Source: Nitrososphaerales archaeon
GTDB taxonomy: Archaea > Thermoproteota > Nitrososphaeria > Nitrososphaerales > UBA213
Assembly: GCA_965197925.1 (NCBI GenBank)
Contig: CBDAOC010000019.1
Span: 448,001-512,000, forward strand
DNA: 64,000 bases
Direction: 5' to 3'
Below, piece after piece: positions 21,095 to 31,703 of the stretch. Made by a program: the position numbers and the translations under genes. How positions within the stretch are numbered: the stretch's first letter is position 1; each line of letters opens with the position of its first letter. The notes under the pieces were generated by a model. The model was not told where the DNA came from, searched no databases, and worked only from the letters and a program-made list of their open reading frames with translations.

Positions 21095-21424
21095 ATGAAT
21101 AGAGTGCAAAAAGATATAGACTTTAACAAAGAAGGAGGTTTGGTTCCAGTCATAGTTCAGGACATTGGTACAAAGGATATACTTATGCTTGCCTATGCAG
21201 ATAAAGAAGCTCTTGAGAGTACCATAGAAAGTGGAAAGGCATGTTTCTGGAGTAGATCTAGAAATAAAAAATGGATAAAGGGTGAGGAGTCGGGTAATTT
21301 TCAGATAGTAAAGAAGATTATGGTAGATTGCGATTCCGACGCTTTGGTATACCTGGTGGAACCAACCGGTCCTGCATGTCACACAGGCAACGAAACTTGC
21401 TTTCATAACGAACTACACGGATGA
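21095..21424 (+). CDS. hisI: Phosphoribosyl-AMP cyclohydrolase
   Basis: WSRSR, KGEESGN, DCDSDA, ACHTGNETCF. Confidence 0.96.
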   Translation: MNRVQKDIDFNKEGGLVPVIVQDIGTKDILMLAYADKEALESTIESGKACFWSRSRNKKWIKGEESGNFQIVKKIMVDCDSDALVYLVEPTGPACHTGNETCFHNELHG

Positions 21425-21441
21425 TGTCTTTTCGAAATATC

Positions 21442-21627
21442 TTATGTCATGGATGTGTTGTCCAGATTGGTAATTAACATCGTTCGCAGTATATCTAATT
21501 CTGGATTTGGCTTGTTAACGAAATTGTAACAAAGTAGGCAATAGCATCCAACACAGATCTTGTGACCAATAAAATCTATGTTAAGATCAACCATGGAAAT
21601 ATCTTTATCGTGTTTTTTGCAGTACAT
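21442..21627 (-). CDS. Small Cys-rich hypothetical protein
   Basis: MYCKKH...YCLLC. Confidence 0.45.
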   Translation of the reverse strand: MYCKKHDKDISMVDLNIDFIGHKICVGCYCLLCYNFVNKPNPELDILRTMLITNLDNTSMT

Positions 21628-21913
21628 TCATTACTATGATATCAAGTCTACTCATAAGGAGTTGTTTGTCATTGAAAAGAACATGCTTCCTTGAGTGACG
21701 GTCTTAAGCAAGTGTTAAAAATTGAATAATATTACTTCTAATTCTGAAATTATTATATTATCATTGTACATAATTTATAATTCTAGATGATGTTTTTAGT
21801 GTTATCACAGTTAATAGTGTTTAATAATACTACACTAGGATATGCAATAATTAATTTATATTAAACTTTATCTTAGTTATACTTATCTATGGTATTGTGG
21901 AGGTGCATTCGCT

Positions 21914-23131
21914 ATGGGTATTGTCAAGGCATTGAAGTGTAGAGAGTGCGGAAATGAATTTAATAAAAAGCTGATCTATATTTGCGAGGAATGCTTCGGC
22001 CCGCTGGAAATTATTTATGAAGACATCAAAGTTAGTCGAGAGATGTTTGCCTCAAGAGAGAAAACTTACTGGCGATATTTTGAACTTCTACCAATTCATG
22101 ATAGATCAAATATAGTGAATTTGAATGCTGGGTTCACGCCATTACAGAAGGCTGAAAGATTAGCTAGTGCGCTAGGTGTGAGAAATCTGTACATAAAAAA
22201 CGACAGCGTTAATCCGACATTCTCTTTCAAGGATAGACCAGCTGGTGTAGCGGTATCCAAAGCCAGGGAATTTAAATTAAACGCTGTTGGCTGTGCATCT
22301 ACTGGCAATCTAGCTAGTGCTACTGCTGCACATGCTGCAAAGGCAAATATGAGCTGTTATATTTTTGCACCAAGTGATATAGAACAGGCTAAGATATCAC
22401 AAAGTTTAACATATGGCGCTGAATTCATAGGTGTTGAAGGAACTTATGACGATGCTAATAGACTAGCAACACAGATTGCCGATAGCAAAGGCATAGGCAT
22501 AGCCAATGTTAATATGCGTCCTTTTTATGTAGAGGGCTCTAAAACTCTTGCATTCGAGGTGGCAGAGCAATTATCTTGGACTGTTCCTGATCATGTGGTG
22601 ATACCTGTGGCTAGTGGTGCGATGCTCCACTCAATATGTCAGGGTTTTGAAGAGTTATATGACTTGGGATTGTTGAGAGATTTCTCAAATCTGAAAGTTA
22701 CAGCAGGCCAGGGTAGGGGATGTGCTCCAATAGTCGATGCATTCAAACGAAACAATGAGGAGATCATTCCAGTAGAGCACCCTAATACAATAGCAAAAAG
22801 CTTGGCCATAGGCGATCCCGGTGATGGCTTGTATGCTTTAAGAAAAATTAAACAATATAATGGCTTTGCAGAAGATGTAACTGATAGGGAGATAATGGAC
22901 GCTGTTGTTCTGTTGGCGAAAACAGAAGGTATATTTACGGAACCTGCAGGTGGTGTTGCAGTAGCAACTTTGAAGAAACTTGTTGAAGATGGCAAGATAG
23001 AACGAAACGAATCAATAGTGTGCTATGTAACAGGTAATGGCTTGAAGGCAACAGATGCTCTAATTGATTTTATACCCAAACCAAAGATTGTCAAACCTGA
23101 TATTGCACAGGTATCAGCTATAGTAAGGTGA
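21914..23131 (+). CDS. thrC: Threonine synthase-like PLP enzyme
   Basis: N-terminal CxxC pairs, NPTFSFKDR, ASTGN, EGSKT, TGNGLK. Confidence 0.9.
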   Translation: MGIVKALKCRECGNEFNKKLIYICEECFGPLEIIYEDIKVSREMFASREKTYWRYFELLPIHDRSNIVNLNAGFTPLQKAERLASALGVRNLYIKNDSVNPTFSFKDRPAGVAVSKAREFKLNAVGCASTGNLASATAAHAAKANMSCYIFAPSDIEQAKISQSLTYGAEFIGVEGTYDDANRLATQIADSKGIGIANVNMRPFYVEGSKTLAFEVAEQLSWTVPDHVVIPVASGAMLHSICQGFEELYDLGLLRDFSNLKVTAGQGRGCAPIVDAFKRNNEEIIPVEHPNTIAKSLAIGDPGDGLYALRKIKQYNGFAEDVTDREIMDAVVLLAKTEGIFTEPAGGVAVATLKKLVEDGKIERNESIVCYVTGNGLKATDALIDFIPKPKIVKPDIAQVSAIVR

Positions 23132-23135
23132 TGGA

Positions 23136-24455
23136 ATGGCAAAGATTGAGTTCACCATACCTTCAGTTTTGAACAAGGGAGAAGGAGAGAAGAAGGTGAG
23201 TGTAGATGTGGATACATTACAGGATGCAGTAAACTCCATAGGTTCTTTATTTGGTGAAGAATTTACGAGACGTATTCTAGATGCAAATGGGAAGCCACGG
23301 TCATTGATCAACATTTACATTAACGGAAAAAATATGCGTTTTACGGGTGGCATGACAACTTCTCTTAAGGATGGGGATCAAATAGTGATTCTACCTGCGG
23401 TTGCAGGAGGCATAGATTTCACTGACCATGAACTTGAGAGGTATTCAAGGCAGATAATGCTAGAAGGCATTGGGTATGATGGGCAAATGAAATTAAGAGA
23501 TGCCAAGGTATGCGTTATCGGTGTGGGGGGTTTGGGAACTCCTATTGTTGCTCAGTTAACAGCAATGGGTATTGGTCATTTAAGGATAATTGATAGAGAT
23601 GTTGTGGAACTATCGAATTTCCACAGGCAGACATTATACAATGATTCAGACATTGGGCAAGTAAAGGTAGAGGCAGCTGCCAAGAAGCTGAGAGCAATGA
23701 ATCCTAATGTTCATATTGAGGCAATGCCTGTTTCAATTAGTGAGCACACAGCTCTAAGAATAGTTGAAGGATGTAACGTAGTTATCGATGGCTTGGATAG
23801 CGTAATGGCAAGATATGCTATTAATGATGCATGTATTCGGTCCAAAATACCATATATTTACGGTGGTGCAATTGGATTGTTAGGATCTGCTTGCACCATA
23901 ATTCCCAACAAGACAGCATGTCTCCGTTGCATATTCCCGAGTTTGGCGGATGAAGAAATGCCTACGTGTAGCACCGAAGGAATACACCCATCGGTATTAT
24001 CAGTCATAGCTGGTACACAAGTGTCTGAAGCAGTCAAGATACTTGTAGGCCAGAAACCTCGATTGATAAATAAATTGCTTTACTTCGATTTAGCCGACTT
24101 AACTTTTGATATGATTGAGGTCAAAAGGAACGAAGAATGTAATTCTTGTGGCAGCGGCGCGGATCAAACTCATATGACTAGAGATAAAATAATGATCGAA
24201 GAATTGTGTGGTAGGGATCGTGGTAAACGAACGTATTCTATAACTCCAGCAGATTTGTTAGATGTTGATATCGAAAGTGTGTCGGATCAGGCAATAAGAA
24301 CAGGATTCAATATTGAAAGTAAGGGCGCAATGGGTGTAACACTGCGTAACACCAAGATATCATTAAGTTTGTTGAAGAGTGGTGCTGTTGTAATTGTCGG
24401 AGCGAAGGATGAGAATGATGCCCTTAGTATATTTAAAGAATTTGTGGATGTTTAA
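23136..24455 (+). CDS. MoaD/ThiS ubiquitin-like domain fused to a ThiF/MoeB E1-like adenylyltransferase
   Basis: Beta-grasp domain ending PAVAGG, then RYSRQ, GVGGLG, SNFHRQ, CLRC, PTC, CNSC. Confidence 0.92.
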   Translation: MAKIEFTIPSVLNKGEGEKKVSVDVDTLQDAVNSIGSLFGEEFTRRILDANGKPRSLINIYINGKNMRFTGGMTTSLKDGDQIVILPAVAGGIDFTDHELERYSRQIMLEGIGYDGQMKLRDAKVCVIGVGGLGTPIVAQLTAMGIGHLRIIDRDVVELSNFHRQTLYNDSDIGQVKVEAAAKKLRAMNPNVHIEAMPVSISEHTALRIVEGCNVVIDGLDSVMARYAINDACIRSKIPYIYGGAIGLLGSACTIIPNKTACLRCIFPSLADEEMPTCSTEGIHPSVLSVIAGTQVSEAVKILVGQKPRLINKLLYFDLADLTFDMIEVKRNEECNSCGSGADQTHMTRDKIMIEELCGRDRGKRTYSITPADLLDVDIESVSDQAIRTGFNIESKGAMGVTLRNTKISLSLLKSGAVVIVGAKDENDALSIFKEFVDV

Positions 24456-25049
24456 TTAAGATATTAATATAGTCATTTTACTTTTTATGCGAATGCCACT
24501 TTTCTATTTGTTATCTCAAGGCTTGGTCAAGATTAAGTAGAGCATAGAATGATATTATTGAAGATCCTATTATATATTAGAATTGGTGACTGATGAATAT
24601 ATAATATTGGTAAATTTGTTCATGAAAATGTTTTTGTATCTGATATTAAAGGCAGTCCAACCATATCCTTTGGTTAAGAATGCTAGGCCTAGTGAACCAC
24701 TCTGAGCATAGTACGAAGGTTATCACAACAGTGATCAACACCTACCTATATCAAAGCAATTTATCGGAGATTTAACCAAATTTTATCATTGTTCACAGGT
24801 TAATTTTCTGTCTAGAGAATAACAAAATAATGAATTATTTAAACAACCTTGAATGATATAAGTTTATCATATGAGACAAACAAATAATTGTTGATAAATA
24901 TCTAAATGGATCACCTGGACAAAGTTTGTATCGTGTATAGAACTTGATCAAAGAATACCATAGTGCTTCCCGTACTTACTTTTTTCACTAATTCTCTGAA
25001 TTAAGTGGAATAAGGTATCGTATTCATTCAAGAAAAGTTAATTACATTC

Positions 25050-25703
25050 TTGGAAGATTTAGTTCACATGGGTTCTAAACCTATGATAATTGGTGCAATA
25101 TCAATCGGTATCGCTATAGGTTATGTGGGAGGATTTCTAACTTTTTACCAAGAGTTAAGTGACGTGGAAAGTGGACGCGCCGTAATGGTAGGAAATGAAC
25201 TTGAATCTTTGAAGGGGGATCTTGAAATTGCTAATAGTAGGGTTTCTTTGCTAAATGTGGACAATGAGGAGCTACGTTCTTCCCTTTCTGAGGTAGAGGC
25301 CAGTTATGAAGTCTTAAGGAAGCAGGCTGATTCCTTACAATTCTCACTTAAAACAGATGGACCGTTCACTAGAATTGAAGAGGGAGTGATGCTTATTCGT
25401 ATGGTGACAGGAATCATGCCTTTTGAAAGTAATGAATTATCTGAATGGAGACTTTCCGTTTTGAATGATACTGCCAAACTAGATCCGACATTGGTTCCTT
25501 TAATATTAAGATTGGTTGATTCTTGGGTTGATATAGTGCAATTGGAAGAAAACGAGCCCGAACGAGGATCTACAACCTGGGCTCAGTGGAATATTGAGTG
25601 GCAGCACAAAGCATTAGAATACATCGATGCTCATAATACAGCTGTTTCTAGACTTGCGGTTGTCGTATTGAAGGAGATTGAATCGCTAAAACCTCTTATT
25701 TAG
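25050..25703 (+). CDS. Hypothetical membrane-anchored coiled-coil protein
   Basis: N-terminal TM helix, heptad-like segment. Confidence 0.65.
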   Translation: MEDLVHMGSKPMIIGAISIGIAIGYVGGFLTFYQELSDVESGRAVMVGNELESLKGDLEIANSRVSLLNVDNEELRSSLSEVEASYEVLRKQADSLQFSLKTDGPFTRIEEGVMLIRMVTGIMPFESNELSEWRLSVLNDTAKLDPTLVPLILRLVDSWVDIVQLEENEPERGSTTWAQWNIEWQHKALEYIDAHNTAVSRLAVVVLKEIESLKPLI

Positions 25704-26481
25704 TTCTACGTTCAGTTGCAATCATTTCAAAGAAGCCCAATCTAGTTAGTGTTAGCAACACAATTGTTATCGATATTGGCAATATTATGATAGGACCAAG
25801 CCTTATCATAAATACTACTATTGATATCAACAATACTGATAATGCTATTGCTATTGATGATGCATAGCTCAAGTCCTTGGCACTGCTTAATGCTGCAGAT
25901 GCAATTAATATAGTAATTACATACAACGGTATTGAAACGTAAACATTGTCAATCCAAGAAAGCGTAACCACAGGTATTGTCGACAAAGATATTCCAGCTG
26001 CTAATGCGAGAATTCCATGTCCAATTTTTGCTCCCGAGGCTATACTAAATCCTTCAGCAACTAATATTGAGAGAATCAAACCAAAAAAAATTGATTCTAT
26101 CACACTACTGTGTTTTACAGGTAGTAACAATATTTGACTTGAATCAACATAAACCAATAAGTATAACTGTAGTACGGCTATTATCGTTATGAGTGATGCA
26201 TACTTGCTCTGTATTGCTGGAATAATAAAACTAACATACCAAGGCTGTTTCTGCACTTTCAACAGGTCCTGCTTTTCAAAGAATTCACGACCTTGTTGGG
26301 ACAACAAATAACGCTTTTGTTCGTCCTGTATTACATATTGTTCTAATTTTGACAAATGATGGTATAGAGATCCAACACTAATTCCAGTATCATGTCTAAG
26401 ATCTTTTATTGTAATAGGCCCTTTTTTGGCAATCAACTCAAGCAGTTTTTGCCTTGGATTAGCCTCCTTGCTGATTGGCAT
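25696..26481 (-). CDS. Winged-HTH regulator fused to a multi-pass membrane domain
   Basis: GISVGSLYHHLSKL; about 6 hydrophobic segments. Confidence 0.8.
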   Translation of the reverse strand: MPISKEANPRQKLLELIAKKGPITIKDLRHDTGISVGSLYHHLSKLEQYVIQDEQKRYLLSQQGREFFEKQDLLKVQKQPWYVSFIIPAIQSKYASLITIIAVLQLYLLVYVDSSQILLLPVKHSSVIESIFFGLILSILVAEGFSIASGAKIGHGILALAAGISLSTIPVVTLSWIDNVYVSIPLYVITILIASAALSSAKDLSYASSIAIALSVLLISIVVFMIRLGPIIILPISITIVLLTLTRLGFFEMIATERRTK

Positions 26482-26770
26482 AAGCTACCATTCGCAATCT
26501 CTGATTAAAAATGTGTTCTAAAAAATACTAAAGATTGGATACAAATAATCCAATAACCAATAAGAGTAGATCAAAATAAATTAAGAGCCTTAATAGATAC
26601 TCCTATCACTAGCGAATATCACTTCATTTCTATCATATGTTATGAAGGGTAGTGTCAATAAATTGTGTTTACCTAGATTTTGTTACTTACTGACATTCTT
26701 TGACACATTCACAATGCAAGAAAATGTAAGAACACCCAAAAATATCACTCTATTAGTTACCAGTGATTAC

Positions 26771-27731
26771 GGCTCTGTAGAAACCATACCAAAAATACAG
26801 TTAATCTATGCATGTTGTAGGCAATTACTCTGAAGAACAGCTCCCTGTTCTGCATTCTAACAGATCTTGATAGTATATGCTCACCAAACATTCTCTTTAC
26901 CACAGACAGTATGGTTTCGTTCTTGTTACTCTGACAGTAAAGTTCCTTGTAGAATCTCCTCTCCATCTGCTTCCTGTATCTTCCATGCGTTCTCCATACT
27001 GGTACATCTCCATATCTAGCAGGGACTGCTCACAGCACCTAGATACTCTCTAACAAATTCGTGATTTGCTTCGCTATCATAGCCTTTATCAGCTGCAACT
27101 ATAGACAATAGCATTATACTTGATGCCCTTTGCAGCAATGGTGTGAAATCTATAGTATCGTGTCTTGGCCCTCTTCTTATCTTCAAAGAACATGCCAGCT
27201 GCTCTCTCACTTCAGCACCTATAGACAGCTTGATGTAACGCTTCCTTATTCCTGCTACATCAGTATAATATGATGAAGCGTTACTGGATTTGAATCCAGA
27301 CGCATCTATTCCCACAAACATCTTCCTTACCTTCGTAAGAAGGATGAATGAACTGATTATCCTGTACAGAAGCATGTCATTCATCCTTGAAGCAAACTTC
27401 TGCAGTGTTGTATAATGGGGTACTATATCTAGATGTAGAAAGATCCTCAGGTAGTATGCTTCATGCAGCCATTCCACAAACCTCCTGTAGCTCTTCCCTT
27501 CATACTGCCTTAATGCCAGAAGGATTGTATGCTGCCATACAGTGTAGATATGATTGCTCTTCTTGTGTATGTACAGGGATATCCTGGCCTTTATCAAAAC
27601 ATTGAGCATGGTTCTAGCAAGTTTGACATACCTTGACTCTTTCATGCATAGGCAGGAGTTATATGTGATACATTGATCTCATGGTGCAATTCAGTGCACA
27701 ACAGGCTAAAATCTATGGTTTCTACACAACC
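26771..27731 (-). mobile_element. IS5-family element, transposase frameshifted
   Basis: 18-bp imperfect TIR GGCTCTGTAGAAACCATA / TATGGTTTCTACACAACC; IDASG, ADKGYDSE, NETILSVVKR. Confidence 0.88.
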
Positions 27732-27926
27732 AATGAAGTCTTTTCTCCTATAAATATAGGGAAAACATAAAAATCCCCTCAATCTAGACATAAATAATTT
27801 CCCGCTAGGTCTTCGTTACGGGAGTTACCTGGTTAGGCCACTTTTGAAAACAGTAAACAATCGTGTTAGTATTTTGATATATAAATTGAAAGAGAATAGT
27901 AAAAATTAAATTTCCAATGATTTTAC

Positions 27927-28277
27927 TTGATCCAAATGAAAAGCGGCGAAAATGGCTTGAAGAGCTATGAAGGTAGCACAAAAAAAGTGGTTGTTTACAA
28001 TACATATGCAGATGATTATAAGATCCACTTCGACGTCTTCATCCCTACAGAAGAGAAAAGTGCGGCTAAGATTGCAAATGAAATCAACGACAGGGCTGTG
28101 GAATATGCAAAGGAGTTCCTACAACTGATAGGAAAACCATCTGAGAACGTCCAAGTCAATATGTGTGAAAGGTGTCATATTGACAACACTGATCTATATT
28201 CTAATCAACTATGGCAGCTACCTGGCAAGGAAGTATATGTTTGGCCTTTGGAAGGTTGTCCAAAACCAACACAATAA
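27927..28277 (+). CDS. DUF2024-like protein
   Basis: VYNTY...HFDV...A.EYAKEFL...CERCH pattern. Confidence 0.6.
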   Translation: MIQMKSGENGLKSYEGSTKKVVVYNTYADDYKIHFDVFIPTEEKSAAKIANEINDRAVEYAKEFLQLIGKPSENVQVNMCERCHIDNTDLYSNQLWQLPGKEVYVWPLEGCPKPTQ

Positions 28278-28658
28278 TTTTTTGAGAATATATATTAAAA
28301 ATAATTATAGTTAGTGATATTATGAATTGACTACCCTATTAATTACGATGTCTGAATAACTATGGAAGAATAATCAAACAAGGAATGGTTCTTATGATCA
28401 TAGTGAATAATAAAAATAATCAGAAGAAATTTACTAGGAAATAATTGAAGGTTGCGAGTAACAAGGAGTAACGAACCAATACCAGTCGGGGAGGTTATTG
28501 ATTACTTGATGCGGGTTTTTAGATAAAAACTTCAATATTTGTTGAACCACATATGACCATCATCTATTCTTATTAGTAGAGTGGCTCATGTAAATCATTA
28601 GTTGCTTATAATATTCATATAGGATTGATGCTCGAGCTTCATAGAAGGTGATGAAGCA

Positions 28659-29549
28659 TTGAAAGCTAAATTTGATGTCGCAGTGTGGGGACAGGATATC
28701 GATACCGTGAAAGATATCTGCATTGAGTGTGAAAGACTAGGTTACAACGCTTTCTATTACGGTGAAGGACTAGGGCCAGAATGTTTTACGACTCTTGCTC
28801 ACCTGACTGGAATTACAGAGAAGATAAGGCTTGGGCCTGGTATAAGCTTCCTTTCATATAGACATCCCGTTCTTTTAGGGAAAATTGCTGCTACCTTGGA
28901 TGTTTTGAGTGGGGGAAGATTCGAACTTAGGGTGGGTGCAGGAGGCGTGCCTGGTTATGGAATAGAACGACCGCCTCCTGAAGTGCGAGTGTCCCAAATG
29001 GCAGAGGGACTACAAATTGTAAAAATGTTGTGGAAAAAAGGCAAAGCCACATTCGATGGACGTTTCTATCAGGTTGAAAATGCTGTATGCGATCCTCTTC
29101 CAGTTCAACGATCCCATCCGCCTATCACAATTGCCGCCAAAGGCACAAAAATGTTGGAGGTAACTGCTCTCCATGCAGACATTTGGGAAGGATATTTCCC
29201 ACCAGAGGTTTATGCCTCTAAAACTGCATTGCTCGATAAGCAGTGTCTATCCCTACATAGAAACCCCTCTGATCTTGAAAGGTCATTGATGCTTAGGGTA
29301 TTTATCGGAAGGAATAACGATGATGCTAAAGATAGTATGAGGCGTTACATCACTAGGCGGGGTATTTCTGAAGAACGATTAGAGCGGTCTCGAGGTAGGG
29401 ATGCAGTAGGAGAGGCATCACAGTGTGCTGAAAAGTTTTTGGAATATCTACACCTAGGTGTAAATCGATTTACACTTTTAGTTGGAGATGCAGAAAAGTT
29501 AGAATCTCTAAGGTTATTCTCCGATAAAGTTATTCCAATGTTATCATAG
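28659..29549 (+). CDS. LLM-class (luciferase-like) flavin/F420-dependent oxidoreductase
   Basis: RHPVLLGKIAATLDVLSGGRFELRVGAG, P.PVQRSHPPI. Confidence 0.92.
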   Translation: MKAKFDVAVWGQDIDTVKDICIECERLGYNAFYYGEGLGPECFTTLAHLTGITEKIRLGPGISFLSYRHPVLLGKIAATLDVLSGGRFELRVGAGGVPGYGIERPPPEVRVSQMAEGLQIVKMLWKKGKATFDGRFYQVENAVCDPLPVQRSHPPITIAAKGTKMLEVTALHADIWEGYFPPEVYASKTALLDKQCLSLHRNPSDLERSLMLRVFIGRNNDDAKDSMRRYITRRGISEERLERSRGRDAVGEASQCAEKFLEYLHLGVNRFTLLVGDAEKLESLRLFSDKVIPMLS

Positions 29550-29564
29550 GCCGAATATGTATTT

Positions 29565-31682
29565 GAGGCAAAGTCGTAAATTAGTTCGAAACGATAAGAA
29601 CAGGTTCTAGTTTTTATTGTTGAAATTTTTATTCAGACTCTATACTTCTTCATATATTATTTTTGATTGATGTGATTCCTTGGCCAAAACTTATAGGAAA
29701 AGAAGCAGTCTTTTTACTACTCACCATAAGTAATGGTGAGATGCTTCACCGTTAGAGTGTGGCTAAGAATCCCAAGCAACAATGCTTTGCATCAATATTT
29801 TTCGTTAGATATTGTATACAACAGGAGAGTAATGAAATTATATGGGTTGGATAGGTAGTCAGACAGAAGAAATTTCGACAGAAGTTCCAAGAGCATATCA
29901 TTTTAAAGTCAAGAATAGATTTAATGGCAATCCTGTTTGTAAGAGAAGGATTGGTAGACCCAATCATTATATCTGTTGACGCTTGCTTATTGAAACCAAA
30001 GGGATGTGTATAGCACAAATTAAGCATGATGAAGAATATAATTCCACACTCTGGAATATATACAGATGCAAGATGGTGCTACAGCAAAACCAAAGGATGG
30101 ATATTTGGATACAAGCTGCATATGACATCTAGTTCAGATTCATTGATTGTACCATCGTCTGCTGAACTCACTACCATCAATATTCGTGACAATAATATCT
30201 ATCAGAGTATAACAATATCATTGCCAGAAGGAATTAGGTACGTGGCTGCAGATGAGGGATATGATAATCATGGACTAAGAGCTTATCCTAAAATTAACAT
30301 CATAGCCTAATTGTTTATACCGAAACAGATCTAGATCTGTCCTCTCTAGCTAAATTTGTGAGAAAATCAAAGAAAAAGAGCATGCCGACCATATGGCATA
30401 TACCAGACAATCTATGGGTAGAGTTCAAACTAGTGCTGCCGCCAGGGAAACCAGCAAGAACAGTTGGAAGACAGGCTGTGCCATTTAGAAAAGTATTGAA
30501 TGGAATACTGTACGTATTAAGAACTGGATGCCAGTGGAAGAAGGTATCGAAAGAATTTGGTTCTGGCTCAACTTGCCACGCAAGATTTCAGGAATGGATT
30601 GGGATAGGAGTATTCAAGAAGGTATGGAAGAGGCTGCTGGAAATATATGATGAATTGAAGGGTATAGGATGGGACTGGCAATCCATGGATAGCGTACCGA
30701 AGGCCCCATTAGGGGGAAAACGACCGGAGCAAACCCAACGGATAGAGGCAAGCTAGGTACCAAACGTCACATGCTGGTTGATAGAAGAGGTATTCCTCTC
30801 TCATCTGTAATTACTGGAGCAAATAAACACGATATGAAATCAGCCTTTCCTACAATAGATAGCATTGTTGTTGATAGGCCCAAAGTTAAACAGAACATAT
30901 GCATGAATAGGATATGATATGATTTCCCTGAGATAGAGTATGGAGTTAGGAAGGGGATATGTGGATCACATTCGTCGTAAGGGTGAAGTGTTGAAAAAGA
31001 ATTTGTACAAAGCAAAGAGATGGGTTGTAGAAAGAACCGCATCTTGGCATAACAGGTTCAGAAAGTTATTGGTAAGGTTCGAGAAGAAGGAAAATTATCA
31101 GGCGCTAGTAGAATTTGCTAACTGCCTAATAGTGTATAGAGCGATATATTGGTAGTGTCATAAACACGTTAATGCAACTGTTTCTAGTATCTACTATCTA
31201 CAATACTAATAAAATCAATAGTAAGAAAACTAAACCCGACAGTTTGAACTAATATTCTTGCATTCTAAATGTTATCATTTCTACCAATCGTTAACTATCG
31301 GCTAGAATTTTAGGATAGGCTCTAAATCAGTTCAGCAAGTAAAGTATTCCTTCTTGCCTCCCTATAGAAAGTTATGGACATACAAAGTATGATAGAATAG
31401 CATTAATATGATTCTATCAATCTAAAATTGGGTAGTATGTATATTGGCAAAGCATTAGCGTTGAGCTATTGATAGAGTAGATAAAGGATGTATTTGACAG
31501 ACCCAATATCAGATAGAGAATTTGATAAAGCTAGGGGCATCGTTCTGATTTCTATATTGCTACGTAAGCTGACGGTATATTTCAACTGCTTAACAGGAGG
31601 CCTTAAGGGCATAGATGTACACGCTGGGAAGTTAAAGAAGTAATTTCAAAATATTATTATTATTGACTTATGTCCAAGCCTC
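29565..31682 (+). mobile_element. Family A IS, heavily decayed, interrupted by a nested IS5
   Basis: Degenerate ends GAGGCAAAGTCGTAAATTAGTTCGAAACG and TTATGTCCAAGCCTC; GYKLH, ADEGYD; the C-terminal part resumes after 31325. Confidence 0.85.
30279..31322 (+). mobile_element. IS5-family element (GAG ends, 3-bp TAA duplication) nested in family A IS
   Basis: TIR GAGCTTATCCTAAAATT / AATTTTAGGATAGGCTC; TAA on both sides; LRTGCQW and WVVERTASWHNRFRKL in broken frames. Confidence 0.9.
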
Positions 31683-31703
31683 AAATAATCATGCCTGACA
31701 ATA

